From contig JAGTQC010000005.1 in assembly GCA_018396535.1 (NCBI GenBank), forward strand, positions 1 through 64,000: a stretch of 64,000 nt of DNA. The letters run 5' to 3'. Source of the DNA: Candidatus Bathyarchaeota archaeon (lineage in GTDB: Archaea > Thermoproteota > CALKCG01 > B24 > DRYS01). Below the pieces are notes generated by a model that was given only the letters and a program-made list of their open reading frames with translations, was not told the DNA's origin and made no database searches. Shown one piece after another: positions 9,584 through 18,647 of the stretch (position 1 is its first letter; every line of letters begins with the position of its first letter). The translations under genes and the position numbers were made by a program.

Positions 9584-10789
9584 TTGCGCTACTTACGTAG
9601 AGCTATGCTAATTGCTTTAGCCATTATTCTAATGTTGCTTACGATTCAAGTTTGTAGAAGCATCGAGCTGTATGTGGCCGTATATGGCTTTCCAGAATCC
9701 ATAGCTACAGATAGACTTCTCGAAATAATCTCTTCTAAGAGGATAGACTATACGTTCTATGCTTTAAACTCTACTTCTAATGTCGAGAGGTTTCTGAAAG
9801 TGGTGAATTTGCTAAGAGTTTCAGGTATACCAGATATACCTCATGAAACTTGCTTACTATGCCTACTGAAAGAGGGGGTTACATGGGATGAGCTTGCCCT
9901 CTCCTTCAATACACCTATGGTAGCGGTATTTAGAGATCGGCATCTCGTAGCGATAGGTATAGCTCCAGTAAATGAAGACGATTTATCTAGGCTATTATCA
10001 GTCTGGGATGATGGAGTATTTCTCCCAGTATATACATACCATGGGGATTATATTATCAAGGATCCTGATATAATAACAGAGCTAGAAGAACTTTTACTCG
10101 GTAAGGATTTTAGACGATCGGAGATACCACAATGGATATTTCCATCTATAATCTCATTGGCTGTTGTAGATTCTATAAATCCATGCACGCTCTTCTTATT
10201 CACAGCTATACTACTGTTAGCTGTAGGGTATATCGGTAGAGGTAGAGTATTGTCCATAGGCTTGTCGTTCATAGTAGCTGTATTCGTAGGATATTATCTT
10301 CTAGGACTGAGTTTATCATTCATAATGCCTATCATACCATACTTTAAGTACATCGTAGGCTTAGTAGGTTTAACAACAGGTTTGATGAATATGGCTAGAA
10401 GCTTTGGTAGAAAGTTCAAACCTGGAACCCCAGAGGTTATCAGGAGATTCGTATATAATCTCGTAGGGTTAGCCTATATCAATCCTCTACTATCCTTCAC
10501 ACTAGGATTTATAGTTAGCTTCACTCTCCTACCATGTAGCGGTGGACCATACTTTGTAGGAATAGCTCTACTCTCAAACTTTAGAGAACCTATACATAGA
10601 TATCTACTATTGTTGCTTTATAATACCGTATTCATATCCCCCTTACTGCTCATACTTTTCTTAGCTATATTTTCGAGCAGGTATTACGAGAGATTGAACG
10701 CCATAAGAACGTCGAGTAAAGCTAAAGCTATGCAGATAGCCGGAGGGTTTGTATTAACATCCATATCTATATACTTGATACTCTCCTAG
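9584..10789 (+). CDS. CcdA/DsbD-like transmembrane electron transfer protein with an N-terminal extracytoplasmic domain
   Basis: Signal-like N-terminus; paired transmembrane cysteines DSINPC and LPCSGGPY; about 6 TM helices. Confidence 0.75.
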   Translation: MRYLRRAMLIALAIILMLLTIQVCRSIELYVAVYGFPESIATDRLLEIISSKRIDYTFYALNSTSNVERFLKVVNLLRVSGIPDIPHETCLLCLLKEGVTWDELALSFNTPMVAVFRDRHLVAIGIAPVNEDDLSRLLSVWDDGVFLPVYTYHGDYIIKDPDIITELEELLLGKDFRRSEIPQWIFPSIISLAVVDSINPCTLFLFTAILLLAVGYIGRGRVLSIGLSFIVAVFVGYYLLGLSLSFIMPIIPYFKYIVGLVGLTTGLMNMARSFGRKFKPGTPEVIRRFVYNLVGLAYINPLLSFTLGFIVSFTLLPCSGGPYFVGIALLSNFREPIHRYLLLLLYNTVFISPLLLILFLAIFSSRYYERLNAIRTSSKAKAMQIAGGFVLTSISIYLILS

Positions 10790-10874
10790 ATGCTTCTTTG
10801 AAGCTCGAAAATGCTAGCTTAGCTTAATACTTAATTACTACTTTGATAGCGTGAATAGGTTTGGTAGCCTATAG

Positions 10875-12050
10875 GTGTATAGGAGGTTGAATCCTAGGGA
10901 TAGGGCTTTAAGCATGATATACCTTGAAGAAGCTGATAGGGTTGCTGTATCCGAGTATGATATCAATTCTCCTATCGCTTCAGCTTTGATGGGTAGGGAG
11001 GTTATGGTTGGTTATGGAGGTAGGTTTATGGATATATGTTATCGCATGATATACGAGGGTCGTAGAGATGAGCTCGTCGCCAGGATGAAGGTGGATAGGG
11101 TTGAACTATACTCTAAGCTAGGTCTCGATATACTAATGGTCAGACCTGTCTGGGGTAAGAACCCTACTAAGCCTAAGCCTATAGCTCCATATGAATGGGT
11201 TGTAGAAGGGCCCGAGGGCCATTGGTTCCGATACAGATTCGATCCTAAGTATGATTCGATCTCTCAGATCGACTCTAGCATAGCTAGGGGTGGGTTATAT
11301 GCGTTCAGAGATTATGTGGATAAGCTCTGCGAAGAGCCCATAGAGGTTGAGGTTGAAGAGCTTGAGCTCGTAGAGTATGCGGTTAGAACTGTAGGAGAGA
11401 GGATGCTGGTTATGGGTGATGTGGATGGATCCTTCCCGATTGGAGGCTCATGGCTTCACATATTTCTTAAAGCTCTCTACATGGATCCATATACTGTCAG
11501 GAAGTTGCTAGACTATACAACTAAGAGAGCTATAACTTACATAGACGCTATGATAGATATCGGTGTCGAAGCTGTAAGCGGTGGAGCGGATATAGCCTAT
11601 AGTCGTGGACCTTATATGAGTCCTAGGCATTTCAGAGAGTTCATAATGCCTTCCATAAAAGCTCACGTTGATGCATGCCATAGGAGGGGTATCCCATTCC
11701 TAAAACATACTGATGGTAATGTAAATCCGATCATAGAAGATTTCATCGTTGGGACGGGTATAGATGGCTATCTGGCCGTAGAGCCTAGAGCCGGTATGGA
11801 TATAGCTAAGCTTAAAGAAGCCTACGGAGATAGGGTATGCTTCTTCGGAAATATAGATTGCGCCTATACGCTAGTATACGGGTCGGAGGATGATGTTAGA
11901 GGAGAGGTGAGGAGACTCATAGATGTAGCTGCTCATGGAGGAGGGTTGATAGTCGGTTCGAGTAATAGTATTCATAGCTTTGTAAAGCCTACGAATTTCC
12001 TAGCTATGATAGAGGAAGCGAAGAGATATGGCAGATACGGTAGATGGTAG
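10875..12050 (+). CDS. Uroporphyrinogen decarboxylase / methylcobamide methyltransferase (MtaA-like) family protein
   Basis: DIAY..GP.MSP..FREF, KHTDGN, EPRAGMD..KLK..YG, FFGNID, GG.IVGSSNSIH. Confidence 0.8.
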   Translation: MYRRLNPRDRALSMIYLEEADRVAVSEYDINSPIASALMGREVMVGYGGRFMDICYRMIYEGRRDELVARMKVDRVELYSKLGLDILMVRPVWGKNPTKPKPIAPYEWVVEGPEGHWFRYRFDPKYDSISQIDSSIARGGLYAFRDYVDKLCEEPIEVEVEELELVEYAVRTVGERMLVMGDVDGSFPIGGSWLHIFLKALYMDPYTVRKLLDYTTKRAITYIDAMIDIGVEAVSGGADIAYSRGPYMSPRHFREFIMPSIKAHVDACHRRGIPFLKHTDGNVNPIIEDFIVGTGIDGYLAVEPRAGMDIAKLKEAYGDRVCFFGNIDCAYTLVYGSEDDVRGEVRRLIDVAAHGGGLIVGSSNSIHSFVKPTNFLAMIEEAKRYGRYGRW

Positions 12051-12097
12051 ATCTACTCTTAAAATACTTATATCGGCTAGCCTAGTATTCTACCGTT

Positions 12098-13465
12098 ATG
12101 ATGAATTCGGATATACGTATCGAGAAGTTTGAATTATCCTATAGATCGTACAAGCTCCGTATACCCCTAAAGTTCGGTTCTGTGATAGTGGATGAATCTG
12201 TTTCACTTATAGTTAAAGCTCTAGTGAGGAATAGGATTGGTTACGAAGCGGTAGGTTTAGGTTCCATGCCTCTTTTTTGTGAATGGGCATTCCCAAATCC
12301 AAGAGTTGAATATGAGGATAAGCTTGAAGCTATGAAGATCGTAGCTGAACGTTATGCTAAACTCGTAGAGGATGAAAGTAGGAGAGGTGTATATAGGCAT
12401 CCGGTAGACTGGTTCATAAGCTTCGAAAGCGAGGTAGCTAGGATAGCTTCTTCAGTATCTAAAGATTTGAAACTTAAAATCCAGCTTCCTATTCTTGCAG
12501 CTTTAGTAGCTATATCGCCTATAGATGCTGCGATCCACGATGGTTTTGGAAAAGTTAACGGTGTATGTAGTTATGATGGATATAGTCCTAAGTTTATGGA
12601 GAGGGATCTAAGCTTCTACCTAGGATCTAGGTTCAAGGGTAAGTATATATCGGATTACATAAAATCTAGGTACGATAGTAGGCTGCCTGTATTCCACCTA
12701 GTCGGTGGCCTCGATAAACTTACTAGAGATGAAATAGGGCCTGACGATCCTAGGGATGGCTTCCCTGTAAGTTTAGAAGAGTGGATAGAGAGGGATGGTG
12801 TCTTCTGTTTTAAAGTCAAGCTTACAGGTATAGATATAGATTGGGATGTGAATAGGACTATAGCTGTAGCCGAGATAGCATCGGAAACTCTCAAAGCTAA
12901 AGGATTCAGCGAATATTATCTATCGGTGGATTCGAATGAGATGCATAATTCTCCAGATGATGTATTAGAGTATCTAGCGAAGGTTAAATCGAAGGCTCCA
13001 GATGTCTTCGATAGGATACTCTACATAGAGCAACCAGTTAGTAGGGATATAGCTAGCCATAGATTCGATATGAGACCTGTATCGCAGATTAAACCTGTAC
13101 TCGTAGATGAAGGTGCTACTAGTCTAGAAAGCTTCGATCTAGCTATAAGCTTAGGTTGGAGTGGTATCGCTTTGAAGACGTGTAAATGTCATAGCTCTGC
13201 ACTCCTCATGGTAGCCAAATCCGAAGAGCTGGGTATCCCGTATAGTGTACAAGATCTTACATGCCCTGGTTTAGCCTTAGTACATTCTGCCGGATTCGCA
13301 GCTAGGATTACCCCAATAAAAGGATTCGAGTATAACGCTAGACAGTATTTACCTCTAGCCTTTCCCGAGGTTCAGGAGAGATATCCTGAAATCTTCAAGG
13401 TTAAGGATGGCTACATAGAGACCGAGAGATTAAACGGTATGCTCGGTCTAGGTTTATACTTGTAG
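12098..13465 (+). CDS. Enolase superfamily (mandelate racemase/muconate lactonising-like) enzyme
   Basis: KxK (FKVKL); metal ligands DSNE, EQP, DE; ALKTCK. Confidence 0.78.
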   Translation: MMNSDIRIEKFELSYRSYKLRIPLKFGSVIVDESVSLIVKALVRNRIGYEAVGLGSMPLFCEWAFPNPRVEYEDKLEAMKIVAERYAKLVEDESRRGVYRHPVDWFISFESEVARIASSVSKDLKLKIQLPILAALVAISPIDAAIHDGFGKVNGVCSYDGYSPKFMERDLSFYLGSRFKGKYISDYIKSRYDSRLPVFHLVGGLDKLTRDEIGPDDPRDGFPVSLEEWIERDGVFCFKVKLTGIDIDWDVNRTIAVAEIASETLKAKGFSEYYLSVDSNEMHNSPDDVLEYLAKVKSKAPDVFDRILYIEQPVSRDIASHRFDMRPVSQIKPVLVDEGATSLESFDLAISLGWSGIALKTCKCHSSALLMVAKSEELGIPYSVQDLTCPGLALVHSAGFAARITPIKGFEYNARQYLPLAFPEVQERYPEIFKVKDGYIETERLNGMLGLGLYL

Positions 13466-13586
13466 TCATCAGTAGATCTGTAGAAGCTACGATAATCCTT
13501 GTAGCATAGAAATCGTACGGTTAATTTCGTTCGATCTCTGCTAAATAGTTATATCGCAGGTTAAAGCCAATCTAAAGCTCGGGATA

Positions 13587-15224
13587 ATGGCTATACTCAG
13601 ACACTGGGTTGTAAGCATAGCGGATAGAATTGAAAAATACTGGTCTGATGAACGCAAGCCTATCCTAGTATGTAATGGAGGGCTCTCTGTTTCAGGCCTT
13701 CAGCATGTCGGTAGGCTTAGAGGTGAGATTATACTCGTAGAAGCTGTTCGTAGAGTACTAGAGGATAGAGGGTGGAAGACTAGGCATATACTGGTGTTAT
13801 ACACGCAGGATCCATGGAAGGGTAAGGATGCTCAGCTTAAAGTCTTTAAAGATGCTAACGCTAACCGCTATATTGGATGGCGTCTAGTAGATGTACCAGA
13901 TCCATATGGATGCTGCGATAACTGGGTTGAACATTACTGGATGGATTTCGGACCGTATATAAAAGACTTCTCTGAAGATGTAGAGGTATATACAACCACA
14001 GACCTATACAGGATGGATTCTATGAAGAAGATCATAGGTGAGATAATAGATAGGCGTAGGAGTGTCGTAGAGGTATTGAATAAGTTTAGAGGTAGGAATC
14101 CATTCCCAGATTCATGGATGCCCTTCGAGCCTCTCTGTGAAAATTGTAAACGTATAGATTCATCTGAAGCTATCCATATAGATCTAGACTCATATAGAGT
14201 TCTATATAGGTGTAGGTTCTGTGGCTATGAAGGTGTATCGTCGATGGAGAATGGCAAATTATACTGGAGACTTGAATGGCCAGCTATATGGAAGGCTTTA
14301 GATGTAGGCTTCGAACCATACGGTAAAGATCATGCTACTCCAGGTGGCTCTAGAGATTCCTGTATAGAGATAGCTAGAGAGATACTGCGATTTAAGCCAC
14401 CGTTCGGTATACCTTATGAATGGGTTGGGTATACTGTTAAAGGTAGAGATCTAGGTGATATGGGTAGTAGCGATTTCATAGGATTTACCCCTAGAGAATG
14501 GCTTATGGTAGCTGAACCAGAAGTTCTCAGATTCTACTTCCTAGTAAACGAGCCTATGAAGAGAGTGGTCTTAAGCTTGGATCAGATCTATAGGTATGTA
14601 GACCTATACGATCGTGCTGAACGCATCTTCTTCGATGTAGAGAGCTTAGATAATAAGGATGAGCTCTTACTCATAAAGGAGAGTTATCTATTATCTACAA
14701 GATTCAATCCTCCCCCACGCTTACCATTCCAGCTTCCATATCTTCACGCCGTACTTCTAGTTCAAGTCCTACCAGTAGAGGATAGAGTCGAAGCAGCTAT
14801 CCAGAGATTGAAATCTACAGGTATACTTAACTATGAACTTGAATCCTGGGAGATCGATAAGTTAAAGGTTAGACTTATATGTGCCGATAACTGGCTTAAA
14901 CTCTGTGCGCCCGATGAATTTAAAGTAAAGCTTCTTGAATACATACCTGAAGATATAGCTAGGAATCTAGATGATAGAGATAGATACCTACTCAGAATAC
15001 TGCTAGATACCCTTTCCGTCTGTGTATGGAGTGAGCAGGGTATAAAGGATGCTATGAAGAGCCTCACATCGAAACTTAGTAGAAGCGATCAGGAGAAGCT
15101 ATTTAAATCGCTCTACCTTATACTATTCGGTAAACCTTATGGTCCTAGAATAGCTCCATTCCTCTCCCTCATGAGTAGAGATGTTATACTATCTAGACTT
15201 AAGTCAGCTGTAGAATATCCGTAA
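13587..15224 (+). CDS. lysS: Lysyl-tRNA synthetase, class I
   Basis: SGLQHVGRLRGE (HIGH-like), Zn knuckles, GKL.WR.EWP, FEPYGKDH...GGS, DMGSS (KMSKS-like), GPR. Confidence 0.95.
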   Translation: MAILRHWVVSIADRIEKYWSDERKPILVCNGGLSVSGLQHVGRLRGEIILVEAVRRVLEDRGWKTRHILVLYTQDPWKGKDAQLKVFKDANANRYIGWRLVDVPDPYGCCDNWVEHYWMDFGPYIKDFSEDVEVYTTTDLYRMDSMKKIIGEIIDRRRSVVEVLNKFRGRNPFPDSWMPFEPLCENCKRIDSSEAIHIDLDSYRVLYRCRFCGYEGVSSMENGKLYWRLEWPAIWKALDVGFEPYGKDHATPGGSRDSCIEIAREILRFKPPFGIPYEWVGYTVKGRDLGDMGSSDFIGFTPREWLMVAEPEVLRFYFLVNEPMKRVVLSLDQIYRYVDLYDRAERIFFDVESLDNKDELLLIKESYLLSTRFNPPPRLPFQLPYLHAVLLVQVLPVEDRVEAAIQRLKSTGILNYELESWEIDKLKVRLICADNWLKLCAPDEFKVKLLEYIPEDIARNLDDRDRYLLRILLDTLSVCVWSEQGIKDAMKSLTSKLSRSDQEKLFKSLYLILFGKPYGPRIAPFLSLMSRDVILSRLKSAVEYP

Positions 15225-15237
15225 TACTGGGTGATAT

Positions 15238-16152
15238 GTGATGGTGGATGAAGAGGTTTTTGAATGCTATGTTAAAGCTGGTAGGATTGTAGCTAGCATT
15301 CTTAGCGATGCTCATAGGATCATTCGTGTTGGACGTAGGCTAATCGATATATGTGAAGAAGTTGAGAGTACTATAAGGAATAGAGGCGGCAACCCCGCCT
15401 TCCCATGCAATATATGTATAGACCATATAGCTGCGCACTATACGTCGCCACTAGGAGATTATATTAGTATCCCTGATGGAAGTCTAGTTAAGCTAGATGT
15501 AGGTGTACATATCGATGGATATATAGCGGATGGAGCTGTAACAGTATGCTTTGATGATAGATACGAGAAGCTTGTAGAATCTGTAGAGGAGGCTCTTGAT
15601 AAAGCAGTTAAGCTTATGAAACCTAATGTAAAGGTTTCCGAGGTAGGTGCTATCATCCAGCGGGTTATAAGGGATAGAGGGTTTAAACCCATAGCAAACC
15701 TTACAGGTCATGAGATCGATAGGTTTAATCTCCATGCAGGCCTATCCATACCAAACATAGAGGTAGGTACTGGAAGACTTAAGGATGGCTCTGTGTATGC
15801 CGTAGAACCCTTTGCTACAGTATCTAACTCCATAGGCTCTGTCGTATCTAGCGGAGATGCATATATATTCCGTTGTCAACACACCCGTATATCTGGGAAG
15901 AATGACGAAACGTATAGACTCATGAACATACTCTACTCGAACTTCTACTCTCTTCCATTCGCTGAGAGATGGGTGCTCGAGATGAGTGTAGAAGGTTTAG
16001 ATGTAAGCTCTGTATGGAGAAATCTTAAAAAGGATAGGAAGCTGATCTTCCGGTATCCTGTTTTAGTGGAAGCTGGGAGGGGTCTAGTTGCTCAATCAGA
16101 GCATACGATCCTCATACTAGACGGTGAGCCGTACGTATTAACAGGTCTTTAA
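15238..16152 (+). CDS. map: Methionine aminopeptidase type II
   Basis: PAFPCN, AAHYT, KLDVGVHIDGYIAD, NLTGH, AVEPF, AQSEHT. Confidence 0.95.
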   Translation: MMVDEEVFECYVKAGRIVASILSDAHRIIRVGRRLIDICEEVESTIRNRGGNPAFPCNICIDHIAAHYTSPLGDYISIPDGSLVKLDVGVHIDGYIADGAVTVCFDDRYEKLVESVEEALDKAVKLMKPNVKVSEVGAIIQRVIRDRGFKPIANLTGHEIDRFNLHAGLSIPNIEVGTGRLKDGSVYAVEPFATVSNSIGSVVSSGDAYIFRCQHTRISGKNDETYRLMNILYSNFYSLPFAERWVLEMSVEGLDVSSVWRNLKKDRKLIFRYPVLVEAGRGLVAQSEHTILILDGEPYVLTGL

Positions 16153-16160
16153 TATATCAA

Positions 16161-16568
16161 TTACTTCTTACCTACAACCTCAGGGTATATCTCGGTTACC
16201 ACAACTTTCTTACCGCAGACCGGGCATTCACCGTGCTCCTTCAAAACATAGTCTCCATAGCTATACTCTCTCTTGTTCCTATAATCGCATGATATACACT
16301 CTACTACCGTCACCATCTTTCTAAGCTCTCTTCGTCTAATAAGCCCCGGTCTCTTCATATATACGCTAAGCATGTAGAGTGAGAGAGCGAGTCCTACAAC
16401 TCCTGTGAGCAGTAGGCTAAACCCCCTTTCATACTGGTAAAAGCTGTAAGCTTGAATAGCCTGGATAAGGAATAATATCGAGAATAATAATATTATCACA
16501 GATATCAGCAAGTATACTGCTAACACTATGTTTCTATTCCTATTGCCCGATGCCGACAGTATTCCCAA
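16161..16568 (-). CDS. Membrane protein with C-terminal Zn ribbon
   Basis: Two TM helices, then CISC...GDYV...CPVC; overlaps the end of the DUF1512 gene; exact start uncertain. Confidence 0.65.
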   Translation of the reverse strand: MGILSASGNRNRNIVLAVYLLISVIILLFSILFLIQAIQAYSFYQYERGFSLLLTGVVGLALSLYMLSVYMKRPGLIRRRELRKMVTVVECISCDYRNKREYSYGDYVLKEHGECPVCGKKVVVTEIYPEVVGKK

Positions 16569-17670
16569 CCCCCACTATTATACCATAACCGCCTACAGGA
16601 ATCTTTTCCCTTATAATCCTCTTTATCCTCTCGATAGCTTCGTAGACTCCATCGTATATCTTCCTATTCATAGGCGATATCGCCTCTTTAAGCGATTGCT
16701 TAATAACCACGGCGTAAAGAGGTATACCATACTTCTTCGCAACCTCCTCTATCCTAAACTTCTCCACGCCTATACCTCCTATAGCAGCTCCTACACCTTC
16801 CGCTACCTCTCCGGTTTCTTCACCTTCAAGTTTTAAGGCTGCATCAACCATAACTATGATCGAGGGCCTCCTACCATATTCTTCTATTAGCCTAGCTATA
16901 GCTTGATCAGGTTTACCAACATTACCTCCAGGCCCCTCAGCTTTTATAACTGATACAGTTCTCCCATCGATTATCACATCGGCATATACCGTATCTTTAG
17001 CTATCCTATGCTTCTCAGCTCCATACATAAACCTAGCTGCTACCAGAGCTCCAGCTCCATCGCCTATCGGTTGACAGTTCTCGAAAGCAGTTAAAGCCCC
17101 CATAAGCGCCTCCGCTTCCTGTAGTATGAATGGTAGCTGCGCTTCTAACTGGTACACGATGAATATACTCTTAGTCTTCTTACCGAACTCGTAAAAGTGT
17201 CTGACAATTCTATAGATTTGATCCATCGATATACCTATCTCGATTACATTCTCTATATTGCTTATCTGGATAGGGTTAGCTTTGGATGCTATAGCTGCAA
17301 CCTCCTCTCTTATACGTTCATCTCTCAAATTGAGTATATGCTCTATCTTACCTACTATCCCTGTAGGATCTAGACTCGTAGGCTGTATCCAAAAGTATTG
17401 GAGTATTCTATCGAGTATAGGCTCAACATCGCTTCTATCAGAATACTCCTTAAGATATCTTACAGCGTGTATCCTAGCTTCATCACGCATCCTTCTAAGC
17501 CTTTCCACAGATAGACTTATATTCTTAAGCATCATCCACGCTTGGATCTTCTGACCGTAAGTCATCATAACGATAAAGAACGTTAAAAAGACTATCTGGA
17601 GAACAGTGGATATATTGTCTCCTTCACCTCCAACTCCTATCTCAGATAGAACCAGTTGAATACTTAACAA
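16540..17670 (-). CDS. DUF1512 family protein
   Basis: P.SLDP.GI, PIGDGAG.LVA, KAEGPGG.VG, MVDAALKLEGE.TG.VAEG.GAAIGG.G.EK, GVGNT.GIGQ; lies next to map, as is common in TACK archaea. Confidence 0.85.
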   Translation of the reverse strand: MLSIQLVLSEIGVGGEGDNISTVLQIVFLTFFIVMMTYGQKIQAWMMLKNISLSVERLRRMRDEARIHAVRYLKEYSDRSDVEPILDRILQYFWIQPTSLDPTGIVGKIEHILNLRDERIREEVAAIASKANPIQISNIENVIEIGISMDQIYRIVRHFYEFGKKTKSIFIVYQLEAQLPFILQEAEALMGALTAFENCQPIGDGAGALVAARFMYGAEKHRIAKDTVYADVIIDGRTVSVIKAEGPGGNVGKPDQAIARLIEEYGRRPSIIVMVDAALKLEGEETGEVAEGVGAAIGGIGVEKFRIEEVAKKYGIPLYAVVIKQSLKEAISPMNRKIYDGVYEAIERIKRIIREKIPVGGYGIIVGVGNTVGIGQ

Positions 17671-17744
17671 CTCTTTATCAGACTTGGAAAACCTAAATCT
17701 CTATAATAAACTTTACCGTATGCATCGCTATATGATAGGTTTTA

Positions 17745-17871
17745 GGGGGCTACCAGCATTCCTCAGCTCTCATGGGCTCCCGCACCATGGAGCTGAGGAA
17801 CGTAGCGTGGTTTCACTTCCGCGTTCGGAACGAGTGCGGGTGGATCCCACGCCCTATGGCCGGCGGCCCCC
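17745..17871 (-). rRNA. rrf: 5S rRNA (stand-alone)
   Basis: Minus strand GGGGGCCGCCGGCCATAGGGCGTGGGATCCACCCGCACTCGTTCCGAACGCGGAAGTGAAACCACGCTACGTTCC...GCTGGTAGCCCCC. It has the conserved GCCAUA, CACCCG and CGAAC..GGAAGU elements, a pairing terminal helix I, and is a GC-rich island. Confidence 0.93.
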
Positions 17872-17981
17872 AGATGTTCAGAGCATCCTCTCCTCTTTAT
17901 TAACGTTACCCCAGTATAATATCCATGCTTCTAGTAGAGGTCACGTTTAAATAGGCTGGACTACGATCTCGGTATCTAGCT

Positions 17982-18632
17982 ATGAGCGTATCTATTTTTA
18001 GCGAAGAGGAGTTGAGATATGAGATAATCAGGGTTATGAAAGCTCTATACGATAGAGGTTTAGTATCAGCTCTAGGTGGTAATGTTAGTGCTAGGATACC
18101 TGGATCTGATACCGTATGGATAACGCCTAGCGGTGTATTCAAGGGGGATCTTAAACTAGATGATCTCGTAAAGATAAATCTAGATGGTGAAGTTATCGAG
18201 GGGTTTATGAAACCCTCTGTCGAATGGCCTATGCATACAGCTATATATCGTGTAAGACCTGATATAAACGCTGTTATACATGCTCACAATCCTATAACAA
18301 CTGGTCTCGCTCTTGCAGGTATAGAACTAAAGCCTATAACCGTGGAAGCGGTCGTAACGCTTAGAAGCGTCCCTGTCATTCCGTTCGCATATCCTGGGAC
18401 AGATGAGCTAGCTAAGCTTGTAGCTGAGAGGGTTAAAGGTGTTAGAGCACTGATACTGCAGAATCATGGTGTAGTAGCTTTAGGATACAACCTAGTAGAA
18501 GCTGAAGCTATAGTCGAGACGTTAGAAGAGGTTGCTCTAACTCAACTCGTAGCTATGCTAGCTAGTGGTGGTAGGGAGATTCCGATGATACCTGAGAGGG
18601 ATCGTGAACTTATCTCTAAGCTATACTTCTAG
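17982..18632 (+). CDS. Class II aldolase/adducin family (fuculose-1-phosphate aldolase-like)
   Basis: GGNVSAR, ITPSG, PSVEWPMH, VIHAH, QNHGVV. Confidence 0.88.
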   Translation: MSVSIFSEEELRYEIIRVMKALYDRGLVSALGGNVSARIPGSDTVWITPSGVFKGDLKLDDLVKINLDGEVIEGFMKPSVEWPMHTAIYRVRPDINAVIHAHNPITTGLALAGIELKPITVEAVVTLRSVPVIPFAYPGTDELAKLVAERVKGVRALILQNHGVVALGYNLVEAEAIVETLEEVALTQLVAMLASGGREIPMIPERDRELISKLYF

Positions 18633-18647
18633 GTGGGATTCTAGTTT

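Noticed and set aside
17684-17950. 88-aa plus-strand ORF in the track
   Set aside because: It is antisense to the 5S rRNA; the open frame is a by-product of the GC-rich RNA gene.
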